Source of the DNA: a virus
IMG/VR virus record: IMGVR_UViG_3300000894_000001
Length of the DNA: 38,327 bases
Strand: one strand, 5' to 3'
Part shown: piece after piece, positions 1 to 6,748 of the stretch
Position numbering within the stretch: the stretch's first letter is position 1
Layout: each line of letters starts with the position of its first letter
Made by a program: the position numbers and the translations under genes
The notes under the pieces: generated by a model
Seen by the model: only the letters and a program-made list of their open reading frames with translations
The model's database searches: none
What the model was told of the DNA's origin: nothing

Positions 1-79
1 TTTTTTTTTTCTGATACATTTGTTTATTGTTCTTTGTTGAGTAGGATAGAATCTGTGGGTATAATATAGAATAGTTCTT
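1..79. repeat. Terminal direct repeat, left copy (identical to 38249..38327)
   Basis: T10-ctgatacatttgtttattgttctttgttgagtaggatagaatctgtgggtataatatagaatagttctt is present at both window ends. This implies a circular or terminally redundant replicon of about 38.25 kb. Confidence 0.9.
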
Positions 80-102
80 GGTTGTTACAACCAAGAACTA
101 TT
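70..102. terminator. Bidirectional stem-loop between the convergent late (+) and early (-) transcription units
   Basis: Perfect palindrome aatagttcttggttgt-t-acaaccaagaactatt with 16-nt arms. It starts 4 nt downstream of the stop of the last minus-strand ORF (106..246) and lies downstream of the last plus-strand gene across the circular junction. Confidence 0.6.
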
Positions 103-105
103 AAT

Positions 106-246
106 TTATTTACATTCTAAACATATCCAATTTGATTTTTGTTTATTAATATGTAATAGACAAAATGATTTTTTGCATATATCACAATCTTTTATTGCTG
201 CCTTATTACATTTAGGATGTTCACATTGTGGTTGATAATAATTCAT
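106..246 (-). CDS. Small Cys-rich (zinc-finger-like) protein, 46 aa
   Basis: Hand translation: MNYYQPQCEHPKCNKAAIKDCDICKKSFCLLHINKQKSNWICLECK. A GGAG RBS lies about 8 nt upstream of the ATG. The ORF is below the track size cutoff. Confidence 0.5.
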   Translation of the reverse strand: MNYYQPQCEHPKCNKAAIKDCDICKKSFCLLHINKQKSNWICLECK

Positions 247-252
247 ATTTCT

Positions 253-513
253 TCAACTCCTTGTTAATAATTTAACTCCTTTTAAAATATTTTTATCAAT
301 TAAATATAAATCAGTAAAAGTTTGTGGTGCACTTTTTACTTTAAACCTGTCAAATAATTCCCAGTCTAATTTTATTAATAATTTTAAACATTCCTTTTGG
401 AGTCCTATGTATTTATCTCTGTCAACTTTTAATAGTTCATAAGTTGATTTATATTTATCAATTTGCACTGTTAATGCTGATTGTAATGTGTTGAGTTCTT
501 TATAAGTTAACAT
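253..513 (-). CDS. Hypothetical protein
   Basis: 86-aa ORF, co-oriented and tightly packed in the leftward operon. An A12 tract sits directly upstream of the ATG. Confidence 0.6.
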   Translation of the reverse strand: MLTYKELNTLQSALTVQIDKYKSTYELLKVDRDKYIGLQKECLKLLIKLDWELFDRFKVKSAPQTFTDLYLIDKNILKGVKLLTRS

Positions 514-530
514 TTTTTTTTTTTACACCT

Positions 531-626
531 CTATTTTTCTTTGTAATTATCATTATTTACACATGATTTACACGGCTCTTTAAGAATAGGATAACTTTTG
601 TATTTACAAGTACTACAATCTTTCAT
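531..626 (-). CDS. Small CxxC...CxxC protein, 31 aa
   Basis: Hand translation: MKDCSTCKYKSYPILKEPCKSCVNNDNYKEK. A GGAGGTG RBS lies upstream. Confidence 0.4.
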   Translation of the reverse strand: MKDCSTCKYKSYPILKEPCKSCVNNDNYKEK

Positions 627-630
627 TTTA

Positions 631-1110
631 TCACACCTCCATTTTTATTATTTCTTTATAATCAAATGATTTACAATCTGATTGTTTTATGTGTTTTCTG
701 TCAGATAAAATGTGTAAAATATCTTTTACATCACATCTCATTAATTTTTTATCACTTATAAAATAAATTAATAAAAATGCTTCAAATCCACAATTATAAC
801 ATTTCATTAAATTTATAATTTGTTTTATATCTTTTGTTACTAAACTTAAAATTGATTTTTCAGTTTGTTTAGCATCGAATACTAGCTTTTTTGTCTTTGT
901 AAATATACAATAATCAAATGGCTCAGGTGATATATAAACACCTTGAAAATTTCTTTTACAATGATTTTTCCACCCAAACCCTAATTGATTATCATTTATA
1001 TATTCTATTAATTTATTTATCTGATTTTCTAAATAGTTAACATGTTTATAATTATTCACATGAACACCTTTTCTATTAAAAATCGTATACTTTGTAGCAG
1101 CAATACCCAT
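631..1110 (-). CDS. RecU-like Holliday junction resolvase (putative)
   Basis: EPFDYCIF...LVFDAKQTEKS...QIINLMKC...GFEAFLLIYF resembles the RecU D..(D/E)AK catalytic core followed by a hydrophobic strand. Recognised from memory only. Confidence 0.5.
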   Translation of the reverse strand: MGIAATKYTIFNRKGVHVNNYKHVNYLENQINKLIEYINDNQLGFGWKNHCKRNFQGVYISPEPFDYCIFTKTKKLVFDAKQTEKSILSLVTKDIKQIINLMKCYNCGFEAFLLIYFISDKKLMRCDVKDILHILSDRKHIKQSDCKSFDYKEIIKMEV

Positions 1111-1153
1111 CCAAAGATGAATATTATTATAAATATTAGATCTTGTTTATTCA

Positions 1154-1387
1154 TCATATCAATGTACCCAGAATTAATTCTATAGGATCTATGATTATAC
1201 TTTGTATATCATTATTTAATTCATGCAGACCATCTAATAATTCAATTATTTCACCTTTTCTCACTTTAATTTCTTTTGTGGTATCTATAGCATGTAGATA
1301 CCAATGATTTTCTTTTAAAACAAACATCAATGGTTGATGTTTTAATTGGATTATAAATTTAATCATTTCCTTCACCATCCTTTTCAT
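1154..1387 (-). CDS. Hypothetical protein
   Basis: 77-aa ORF in the operon. It overlaps its upstream neighbour. Confidence 0.55.
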   Translation of the reverse strand: MKRMVKEMIKFIIQLKHQPLMFVLKENHWYLHAIDTTKEIKVRKGEIIELLDGLHELNNDIQSIIIDPIELILGTLI

Positions 1388-1664
1388 ATTCTATCCACCA
1401 GCAATTGTTACCTGTAAATGTCTCTTTTAAATCAGGTACAAATATCAAATCATTAAATTGTTTTAAAATATTTAACACATTAGTGTCAGGATTATGTGTT
1501 ATATCTAATTCAGTCGCTATTTTACCTAGATATATACCATAATAGAATTCTGTACCATTTAATAATTTAACTTTTAATATAGTGCCTATTTTAATTTCTT
1601 TTTCTATCATAAGATCGTCTTCTATTTTTATTTCATTAATTTGTATTGGAAAATTATTTATCAT
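1359..1664 (-). CDS. Hypothetical protein
   Basis: 101-aa ORF in the operon. Confidence 0.6.
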   Translation of the reverse strand: MINNFPIQINEIKIEDDLMIEKEIKIGTILKVKLLNGTEFYYGIYLGKIATELDITHNPDTNVLNILKQFNDLIFVPDLKETFTGNNCWWIEYEKDGEGND

Positions 1665-1977
1665 TGGGTATACACTCCCTAACTTGTATCAATGGTTCTA
1701 ATGGTTTATTAGAATCATATAATAAGGTTATACCATTGATGCTAATAATTTGATTGCTTAAATACTTATACGGTGTACTTTGTACTTGTAAATATTCCTT
1801 TTGAATGTTTACTTCTATATTTGGTACCCTGAATTCTTTTCTAAAGTTATTCCTATTCACCCATAGTTGCTTTTTCATATGTTCCTCAATATTACATTCA
1901 GTAATGATTCCACAATATTTCATTTTATATTTATTCATAATATTCAATCCTTTTCCCAGTAAGTACATTTGGGACAA
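1654..1977 (-). CDS. Hypothetical protein
   Basis: 107-aa ORF. The true start may be an internal Met. Confidence 0.55.
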   Translation of the reverse strand: MSQMYLLGKGLNIMNKYKMKYCGIITECNIEEHMKKQLWVNRNNFRKEFRVPNIEVNIQKEYLQVQSTPYKYLSNQIISINGITLLYDSNKPLEPLIQVRECIPNDK

Positions 1978-2072
1978 TACCAGTTATCATCCCTTAAACT
2001 TTGTAATAAATTTACTAAACATTTTGGACATACATGTGTGATATTTAAATTTAATCTCAATATACTATTCAT
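1944..2072 (-). CDS. Small zinc-ribbon protein (CPKC...CPKC), 42 aa
   Basis: Hand translation: MNSILRLNLNITHVCPKCLVNLLQSLRDDNWYCPKCTYWEKD. Confidence 0.45.
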   Translation of the reverse strand: MNSILRLNLNITHVCPKCLVNLLQSLRDDNWYCPKCTYWEKD

Positions 2073-2080
2073 TATTATTA

Positions 2081-2215
2081 TCAATCCTTTTCAATTTTGG
2101 TTATATCAATTTCAATAATATTACCACAACATCTACATTGATATGTTTGTATGTCACCTTTAGTACTTAATATTAAACACAATCCCATGCAATTATCACA
2201 TATTAGATTTAACAT
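2081..2215 (-). CDS. Small zinc-ribbon protein, 44 aa
   Basis: Hand translation: MLNLICDNCMGLCLILSTKGDIQTYQCRCCGNIIEIDITKIEKD. The ATG directly abuts the stop of the upstream gene. Confidence 0.45.
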   Translation of the reverse strand: MLNLICDNCMGLCLILSTKGDIQTYQCRCCGNIIEIDITKIEKD

Positions 2216-2602
2216 TTAATCGACCTCCGTTTCTAATATTTCTATTAAATCATTAATATCAATCCCTTTTTTTCTTTCTTCATCTGTTAGTTCACATTCA
2301 TCTAAATCACCTCTTATATCTGTTAAATCACCTCTTATACCTGTTAAATCACCCCATATATCTGTTAAATTACCATAAACACCTGTTAAATCACCTCTTA
2401 TATCTGTTAAATTACCATAAACACCTGTCAAATCACCCCATACATCTGTTAAATCACCCCATATACTTGTTAAATCACCTCTTATATCTGTTAAATCACC
2501 ACATATATCTGTTAAATTACCATAAACACCTGTTAAATCACCCCATATATCTGTTAAATCACCATAATATTCATTGTTTATACGTTTTAATTTTCTATTC
2601 AT
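2216..2602 (-). CDS. Acidic heptad-repeat protein (12 in-phase G-[DN]-L-T-x-[IV]-x units)
   Basis: GDLTDIW GDLTGVY GNLTDIC GDLTDIR and so on, followed by the acidic tail DECELTDEERKKGIDINDLIEILETEVD. I do not recognise the family. Confidence 0.75.
   Translation of the reverse strand: MNRKLKRINNEYYGDLTDIWGDLTGVYGNLTDICGDLTDIRGDLTSIWGDLTDVWGDLTGVYGNLTDIRGDLTGVYGNLTDIWGDLTGIRGDLTDIRGDLDECELTDEERKKGIDINDLIEILETEVD
2312..2563 (-). repeat. 21-nt coding tandem repeat array (12 units)
   Basis: The units are imperfect at nucleotide level and in frame. They encode the heptads of ORF 2216..2602. Confidence 0.85.
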
Positions 2603-2753
2603 TATTATCCTCCGTTTCTAACATTTCTTTTAATGTGTTATATCTATAATTACTCAAATTTTTATCTTTATATTTTGATTTTTTTACTAATTGTTCTTCC
2701 AAACTTAACCTATCATCAATTGCTTGTATTTCTAAAATTGTTAAATTATCCAT
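2595..2753 (-). CDS. Hypothetical small protein, 52 aa
   Basis: Hand translation: MDNLTILEIQAIDDRLSLEEQLVKKSKYKDKNLSNYRYNTLKEMLETEDNNE. It overlaps both neighbouring genes by 8 nt. Confidence 0.45.
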   Translation of the reverse strand: MDNLTILEIQAIDDRLSLEEQLVKKSKYKDKNLSNYRYNTLKEMLETEDNNE

Positions 2754-3126
2754 TAGTGTCCTCCTTTTCTAAAATATAGCCGACTTTATATATTGATTTA
2801 ATTTTATATCCTTTTTGTCTTAACCTAGATATTAATCCTGAAGTACCTTTATATGAGTTATAATCGCCATATAATTTTACACTTATATCTTCAGGTGTCC
2901 ATAATTCATAGTCACTTAGAATATTTAATATTTGTTTTTCTCTATTTGTTAACAATTTCAAAGGTTTTAAACTATAACCCCTACCTCTATATTCATATAT
3001 TTCACATCCTTTTTGTCTTAATCTATATATTAACATCCTAAGTGCTTTATTACTTATATCAACCATATCATAAGTAACTAATTCGTTTCGTTTTAATAAA
3101 ACTAATAACTTGATATATTTATACAT
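2746..3126 (-). CDS. Tandem OmpR/PhoB-type winged-helix DNA-binding protein with no receiver domain
   Basis: There are two copies of the Trans_reg_C-like signature: MLIYRLRQKGCEIYEYRGRGYSL and LISRLRQKGYKIKSIYKVGYIL. The second copy is preceded by LTNREKQILNIL. Confidence 0.6.
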   Translation of the reverse strand: MYKYIKLLVLLKRNELVTYDMVDISNKALRMLIYRLRQKGCEIYEYRGRGYSLKPLKLLTNREKQILNILSDYELWTPEDISVKLYGDYNSYKGTSGLISRLRQKGYKIKSIYKVGYILEKEDTNG

Positions 3127-3144
3127 TCATTTATTATTTCCTTT

Positions 3145-3435
3145 CTAAATTTTATGTGTATATGTCGTATGACTGCTAGTTGCCCAAATTAAAGCAATTA
3201 GCCAACCAAGTAAAGTCCAACCAAAGAATATATTTACTAACACTACACATGCAATATTCAAATGGTTTCTCTTATATGCTATTATGCTTGGTAACATATA
3301 AATCATTGTTGAAAATCCTATTAAACCTAACATTAATACTATTAAAATATTATTAACTGCTAGTTTTATCATGTAATATCCTATGATTAGTGCAATTACA
3401 CTAATCAATACCTTTAAATATTTATTATTTAACAT
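3145..3435 (-). CDS. Superinfection immunity (Imm-family) membrane protein
   Basis: LPSIIAYKRNHLNIACVVLVNIFFGWTLLGWLIALIWA matches the Imm_superinfect signature. The protein is small and has multiple predicted TM segments. Confidence 0.75.
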   Translation of the reverse strand: MLNNKYLKVLISVIALIIGYYMIKLAVNNILIVLMLGLIGFSTMIYMLPSIIAYKRNHLNIACVVLVNIFFGWTLLGWLIALIWATSSHTTYTHKI

Positions 3436-3553
3436 TTTCCATCACACTCCTTAATAATTTTCTTTTTTCTTCTTTTAATTTTTGTGACTCTGTCCAAGTT
3501 GCACAGTTTCTTATTTTATTATTTAATTCAATGATTTTTAATTTTGTTTCCAT
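3425..3553 (-). CDS. Hypothetical small protein, 42 aa
   Basis: This is the first ORF downstream of the promoter copy at 3598..3626. Hand translation: METKLKIIELNNKIRNCATWTESQKLKEEKRKLLRSVMENVK. Confidence 0.4.
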   Translation of the reverse strand: METKLKIIELNNKIRNCATWTESQKLKEEKRKLLRSVMENVK

Positions 3554-3597
3554 TATTTATAATCCTCCTAAAATTTAATTATTGTTTCTATATTCAT

Positions 3598-3626
3598 ATT
3601 GTATGACATAACAACCATGTTGTCAA
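3598..3626 (-). promoter_or_regulatory. Sigma-70-type promoter cassette, copy 1 (TTGACA-17-TACAAT) with embedded ACAAC-ATG-GTTGT inverted repeat
   Basis: The minus strand reads agtaTTGACAacatggttgttatgtcaTACAAT. This is one of four near-identical cassettes. Confidence 0.7.
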
Positions 3627-3637
3627 TACTTTATTGT

Positions 3638-6169
3638 TTATTTATTAAAAAATCTATTTAATATTTGTGATGCTTGTAATTTAGTTAAATTAGAGGTATC
3701 AAAATTTGGACAAAAACGTTTAACCAATTCAATTTGTTTATCACTTGCTAACTTATTACCCCAACGTTTCATAACATTTATATTCCACAGATATTCGCTA
3801 TCTGGGTAATTTTTTTTTAACCATGTATATAACCGGTCTAAAACTGGTTGGAATTTAACTTGTTTACCTTGGAATATGATTGTACCTAATTCATCAGGTC
3901 CGGGTATTTTTATATTAACTTTGCCAAATTTTAATGTAAAAGTTCCATCTGGTAATTTATACAAATTGATTCCGTGAAAATTAAACCCTAAACCTTTTGC
4001 CCATAAATCTACCAGTTTATAATTTATGATCCAATGTTCAGGTTTATCCGATATTTTATTTATTTTTTCTGGTAAATCAAATAAATTACCTTCTATATCT
4101 TTGTCCTGTCCTAGTTGTTTTTTAATATCTGGCATATTAATACCTAACAAACTTGGAGCAGTGCATAAATTTAAATTACTGGTACCACAACAATCTATTA
4201 AAAGTAATTGTTTTTTGTTAGGATGTAGTCTCAAACCCCTTCCTATCATTTGGCAATTACCCATTATTGACACTTTTCCATTACGTCTAGTTATAATTGT
4301 TCCCATTATGTTTTCAATACACCAACATTTTTCATTTTTAAATTCTTCATTTTTAAATTTTGGTCTATTGTCGAAATGTGATGACAAATGTTTTGTTGAT
4401 TGTTTTTTAATATGTATAGTGTATTGCTCATTATTATAACTATTTATAAATGTTTTTATATTTGCTTTATATCCTCTTGTAATACAAGCAATCTGTAATT
4501 TTTCTATGAACTCTTTATTGCCTTTTGAAATATCAATACTACGTTTAATCCAATTTTTGGGTATGTGTTTGTTACCATCTGCTTTATTACATACTTCTAA
4601 AAATAAATCAAATTGATCGTTATCCATATTCCATAATTTATCTGTCAATAAATATTCTTTTAGATATCCCCAACCTTTTAAATGTTTATCTCGTAATCGT
4701 GGTTTACCTTTTGATCTAGTAAAAACATATTGCTCTCTATATTCTACGAAATTAGTTTTACCTTTTATTAGAATTTTATTGTATTTCATACCACAATTAA
4801 TTATAATTTGCTCTATTTCATCTACATATCGCATGTGTTTAGCTGATTGAGTTATCTGTATGCTATTATTTAATTTATTAATATAACCATCTGTTTTAAC
4901 CCAAGCTATAAATTTAACTTCATCATTTGTTATGTTAATACCTGAGTAATTATAATTCCCTGATATAGGTATTACAAAACCATCCTTTAAATTTGTTAAT
5001 TTGTTAGCTTCCTCCATCCGCCAACCAGTTTTACACCTCCTAGTGTTATAAATCACCCTGTGTTTATTTGTTACTCTAATATCTATATAGTTGGATTGAA
5101 TAGAGGTATAATTTTCATTTTCCGTCAAGTCTCTAATTATATAATTACTTATAGTTTCAAAGGTTATTTCATTATTTTTGATATTAAATGCAGCTGATTT
5201 ATCATTTGTTAAATCTATATCATTATATTTTTTCCAACCATTATTAGTTAATATTTCAGTATTTAAATCTAAACAATAAAGACTTGCATTTTTAGTGGGA
5301 CGTGCCATTATAATAGTCTCTACACGAGGTATGTCAGTACCCTCAGTAAAGATCATACAATTTATAATGCATTTAATTTTTCCAGATGTGAAATCCTCAA
5401 TAATTTTACTTCTATCTTTAGTTTTTGCTGAAATTACTACACTTCCAGATATTTCTTTTTGAATAGATTCACAATGTGAAACTGAGATCCCAAAGACCAA
5501 AGTACTTCCAACAGCATGTTTATGATAAATATCAGCAATTGCTTTTGCATTTTTATCAGTATTTACTACTTCATCTAATGCTTTTAATTGATAGTCATTA
5601 TTTGATGTTTTAATGCCCTTTAAATCATAGTTTATATAAAACCTTTTGCAATATATATCTGATAAATATTTGTTTTCTATACCCCATTTAAGAGGTTTTT
5701 CATATATAATTTTGTCAAATGTCGTATCCAATCTTACATTATCAAAGCGGTTGGGTGTTGCTGTAAACCCAAAGTGGATTTTAAAATTAAAATAACCATA
5801 TATTTTTTGGTAAGTTTTAGCAGGACTATGCTGACATTCATCGGTTATTATTACATCAAAGTAATCTTTATCAAACTTATCTAATCTTTTAACTAATGTT
5901 TGAACACTAGCACATATTATAGATTCGCCATCTGATTTTAAATTACTTTGTTCTATACCGACCATTCTTCTAATATATTTAATTGGTTGATTAACTAACT
6001 CTTCCCTGTGGGATAAAATTAAAACTTTTATCCCAGGTTCTAATTGGTTTATATATTCAGTGAACACACAAGTCTTACCTAATCCAGTACTCATCACTAT
6101 TACATATCTACCTTCTGATTGCTGCTGCATTGATATTAAACATTCTTTCTGATATTCTCTTAAAATCAT
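3638..6169 (-). CDS. SF2 (ResIII/DEAD-like) DNA helicase interrupted by an intein
   Basis: Helicase motifs present: Walker A MSTGLGKT, motif II DECQH, motif III FTATPNR and motif VI QMIGRGLR. A 340-aa insertion with Cys...Asn|Cys boundaries lies between ARPTKNASLY and motif VI. Confidence 0.85.
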   Translation of the reverse strand: MILREYQKECLISMQQQSEGRYVIVMSTGLGKTCVFTEYINQLEPGIKVLILSHREELVNQPIKYIRRMVGIEQSNLKSDGESIICASVQTLVKRLDKFDKDYFDVIITDECQHSPAKTYQKIYGYFNFKIHFGFTATPNRFDNVRLDTTFDKIIYEKPLKWGIENKYLSDIYCKRFYINYDLKGIKTSNNDYQLKALDEVVNTDKNAKAIADIYHKHAVGSTLVFGISVSHCESIQKEISGSVVISAKTKDRSKIIEDFTSGKIKCIINCMIFTEGTDIPRVETIIMARPTKNASLYCLDLNTEILTNNGWKKYNDIDLTNDKSAAFNIKNNEITFETISNYIIRDLTENENYTSIQSNYIDIRVTNKHRVIYNTRRCKTGWRMEEANKLTNLKDGFVIPISGNYNYSGINITNDEVKFIAWVKTDGYINKLNNSIQITQSAKHMRYVDEIEQIIINCGMKYNKILIKGKTNFVEYREQYVFTRSKGKPRLRDKHLKGWGYLKEYLLTDKLWNMDNDQFDLFLEVCNKADGNKHIPKNWIKRSIDISKGNKEFIEKLQIACITRGYKANIKTFINSYNNEQYTIHIKKQSTKHLSSHFDNRPKFKNEEFKNEKCWCIENIMGTIITRRNGKVSIMGNCQMIGRGLRLHPNKKQLLLIDCCGTSNLNLCTAPSLLGINMPDIKKQLGQDKDIEGNLFDLPEKINKISDKPEHWIINYKLVDLWAKGLGFNFHGINLYKLPDGTFTLKFGKVNIKIPGPDELGTIIFQGKQVKFQPVLDRLYTWLKKNYPDSEYLWNINVMKRWGNKLASDKQIELVKRFCPNFDTSNLTKLQASQILNRFFNK
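4256..5275 (-). mobile_element. Intein with LAGLIDADG homing-endonuclease domain (aa 299..638 of the helicase)
   Basis: N-terminal boundary is CLDLNTEILT and block B is VTNKH. There are two LAGLIDADG-like motifs, FIAWVKTDGYI and LFLEVCNKADGNK. The C-terminal boundary is SIMGN followed by +1 Cys. Boundary codons were checked on the DNA: tgt at 5275..5273, aat at 4258..4256, tgc at 4255..4253. Confidence 0.75.
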
Positions 6170-6594
6170 TCTCCCTCTTCTCCTTCTTCCAATAAATATA
6201 AATCAGCATCTTCGCAATAACATCCATCACTATCACCACAAAATCTTATTGTTACATATCCTTTAATGGTTGCTAATTTAATAACTGTCCATGTAGCAGT
6301 ATCGTGGTATGTTTTAGGATTTGTATTATTATTACATGATTCACACATAATCAAAGGATAATTTAATAGGTGGTCTAAATTTCCGGTTATATCCTCAATA
6401 TAGACATCTTCACAACACTCCTGTATGTGCATTATTGCAAATTGTCTATTCTTAATTTTTAAAAATATTTCAGCATCAGTTTTTATAATTTCTGTTATAA
6501 TGTGACCTATTAATTCATTAAAATCATAACTTTCAATTTTATTAAAAATTTTATTTGGTAGTCCTTCAAATTCCATAGTCATTCTTTCACTCAT
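6166..6594 (-). CDS. Hypothetical protein (Cys-rich, acidic C-terminus)
   Basis: 142-aa ORF, overlapping the helicase start by 4 nt. Confidence 0.65.
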   Translation of the reverse strand: MSERMTMEFEGLPNKIFNKIESYDFNELIGHIITEIIKTDAEIFLKIKNRQFAIMHIQECCEDVYIEDITGNLDHLLNYPLIMCESCNNNTNPKTYHDTATWTVIKLATIKGYVTIRFCGDSDGCYCEDADLYLLEEGEEGE

Positions 6595-6748
6595 TTATTT
6601 TCACCTCTTTAATAAATATTCCACCATCTTTTTTAGTAATTTCCACAACTGAATTTGAATCTAAACCCATATCAGTTATTATCTTTTTTGGGATAGTAAC
6701 TGATAATGAGTATTTACCCCATTTACTTAATTTTTGTATCGTTTTCAT
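6587..6748 (-). CDS. AbrB/SpoVT/MazE-type small DNA-binding protein (copy 1)
   Basis: Hand translation: MKTIQKLSKWGKYSLSVTIPKKIITDMGLDSNSVVEITKKDGGIFIKEVKINE. It has the K.G.S..v.IPK..... Gl..g..v signature. Confidence 0.55.
   Translation of the reverse strand: MKTIQKLSKWGKYSLSVTIPKKIITDMGLDSNSVVEITKKDGGIFIKEVKINE

Noticed and set aside
37-65. Promoter-like TTGAGT-17-TATAAT reading rightward at the genome junction
   Set aside because: It would fire directly into the 70..102 terminator hairpin, and then antisense to about 11.5 kb of minus-strand genes. No plus-strand ORF follows. It is probably a chance match in AT-rich DNA. An antisense or small RNA cannot be excluded without transcript data.
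1805-2041. Other track ORFs on the non-operon strand (1805..2041, 2467..2649, 2853..3041, 11315..11584, 12116..12373, 13705..13908, 14548..14805)
   Set aside because: Each overlaps a better-supported gene, either on the opposite strand or, for 13705..13908, in another frame of the same strand. Alternatively it crosses promoter or RBS elements; 14548..14805 spans promoter copy 4 and the SSB start. Their composition is typical of spurious AT-rich ORFs.
2312-2563. Regular 21-nt tandem repeats (also 17538..17642 and 27012..27095), considered as CRISPR-like or non-coding arrays
   Set aside because: The repeats are contiguous, with no spacers. They have a period of 21 nt and are in frame within ORFs with sensible flanking sequence. 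They encode heptad peptide repeats, not CRISPR arrays.
4026-4439. Plus-strand ORFs inside the helicase and polymerase genes (4026..4439, 8720..8965, 9011..9259, 9344..9553)
   Set aside because: They are antisense to long, motif-bearing genes (SF2 helicase/intein and PolB). Their sequences are low-complexity and Leu/Phe/Ser/Ile-rich, as expected from antisense reading of AT-rich coding DNA. They have no RBS.
6166-6748. AbrB/MazE-like ORF followed by an overlapping 142-aa ORF, considered as a toxin-antitoxin pair
   Set aside because: The downstream protein shows no MazF-, PIN- or other toxin-like motif that I can recognise. It is Cys-rich with an acidic tail. Overlapping gene ends are the norm throughout this operon, so the layout alone is not evidence.
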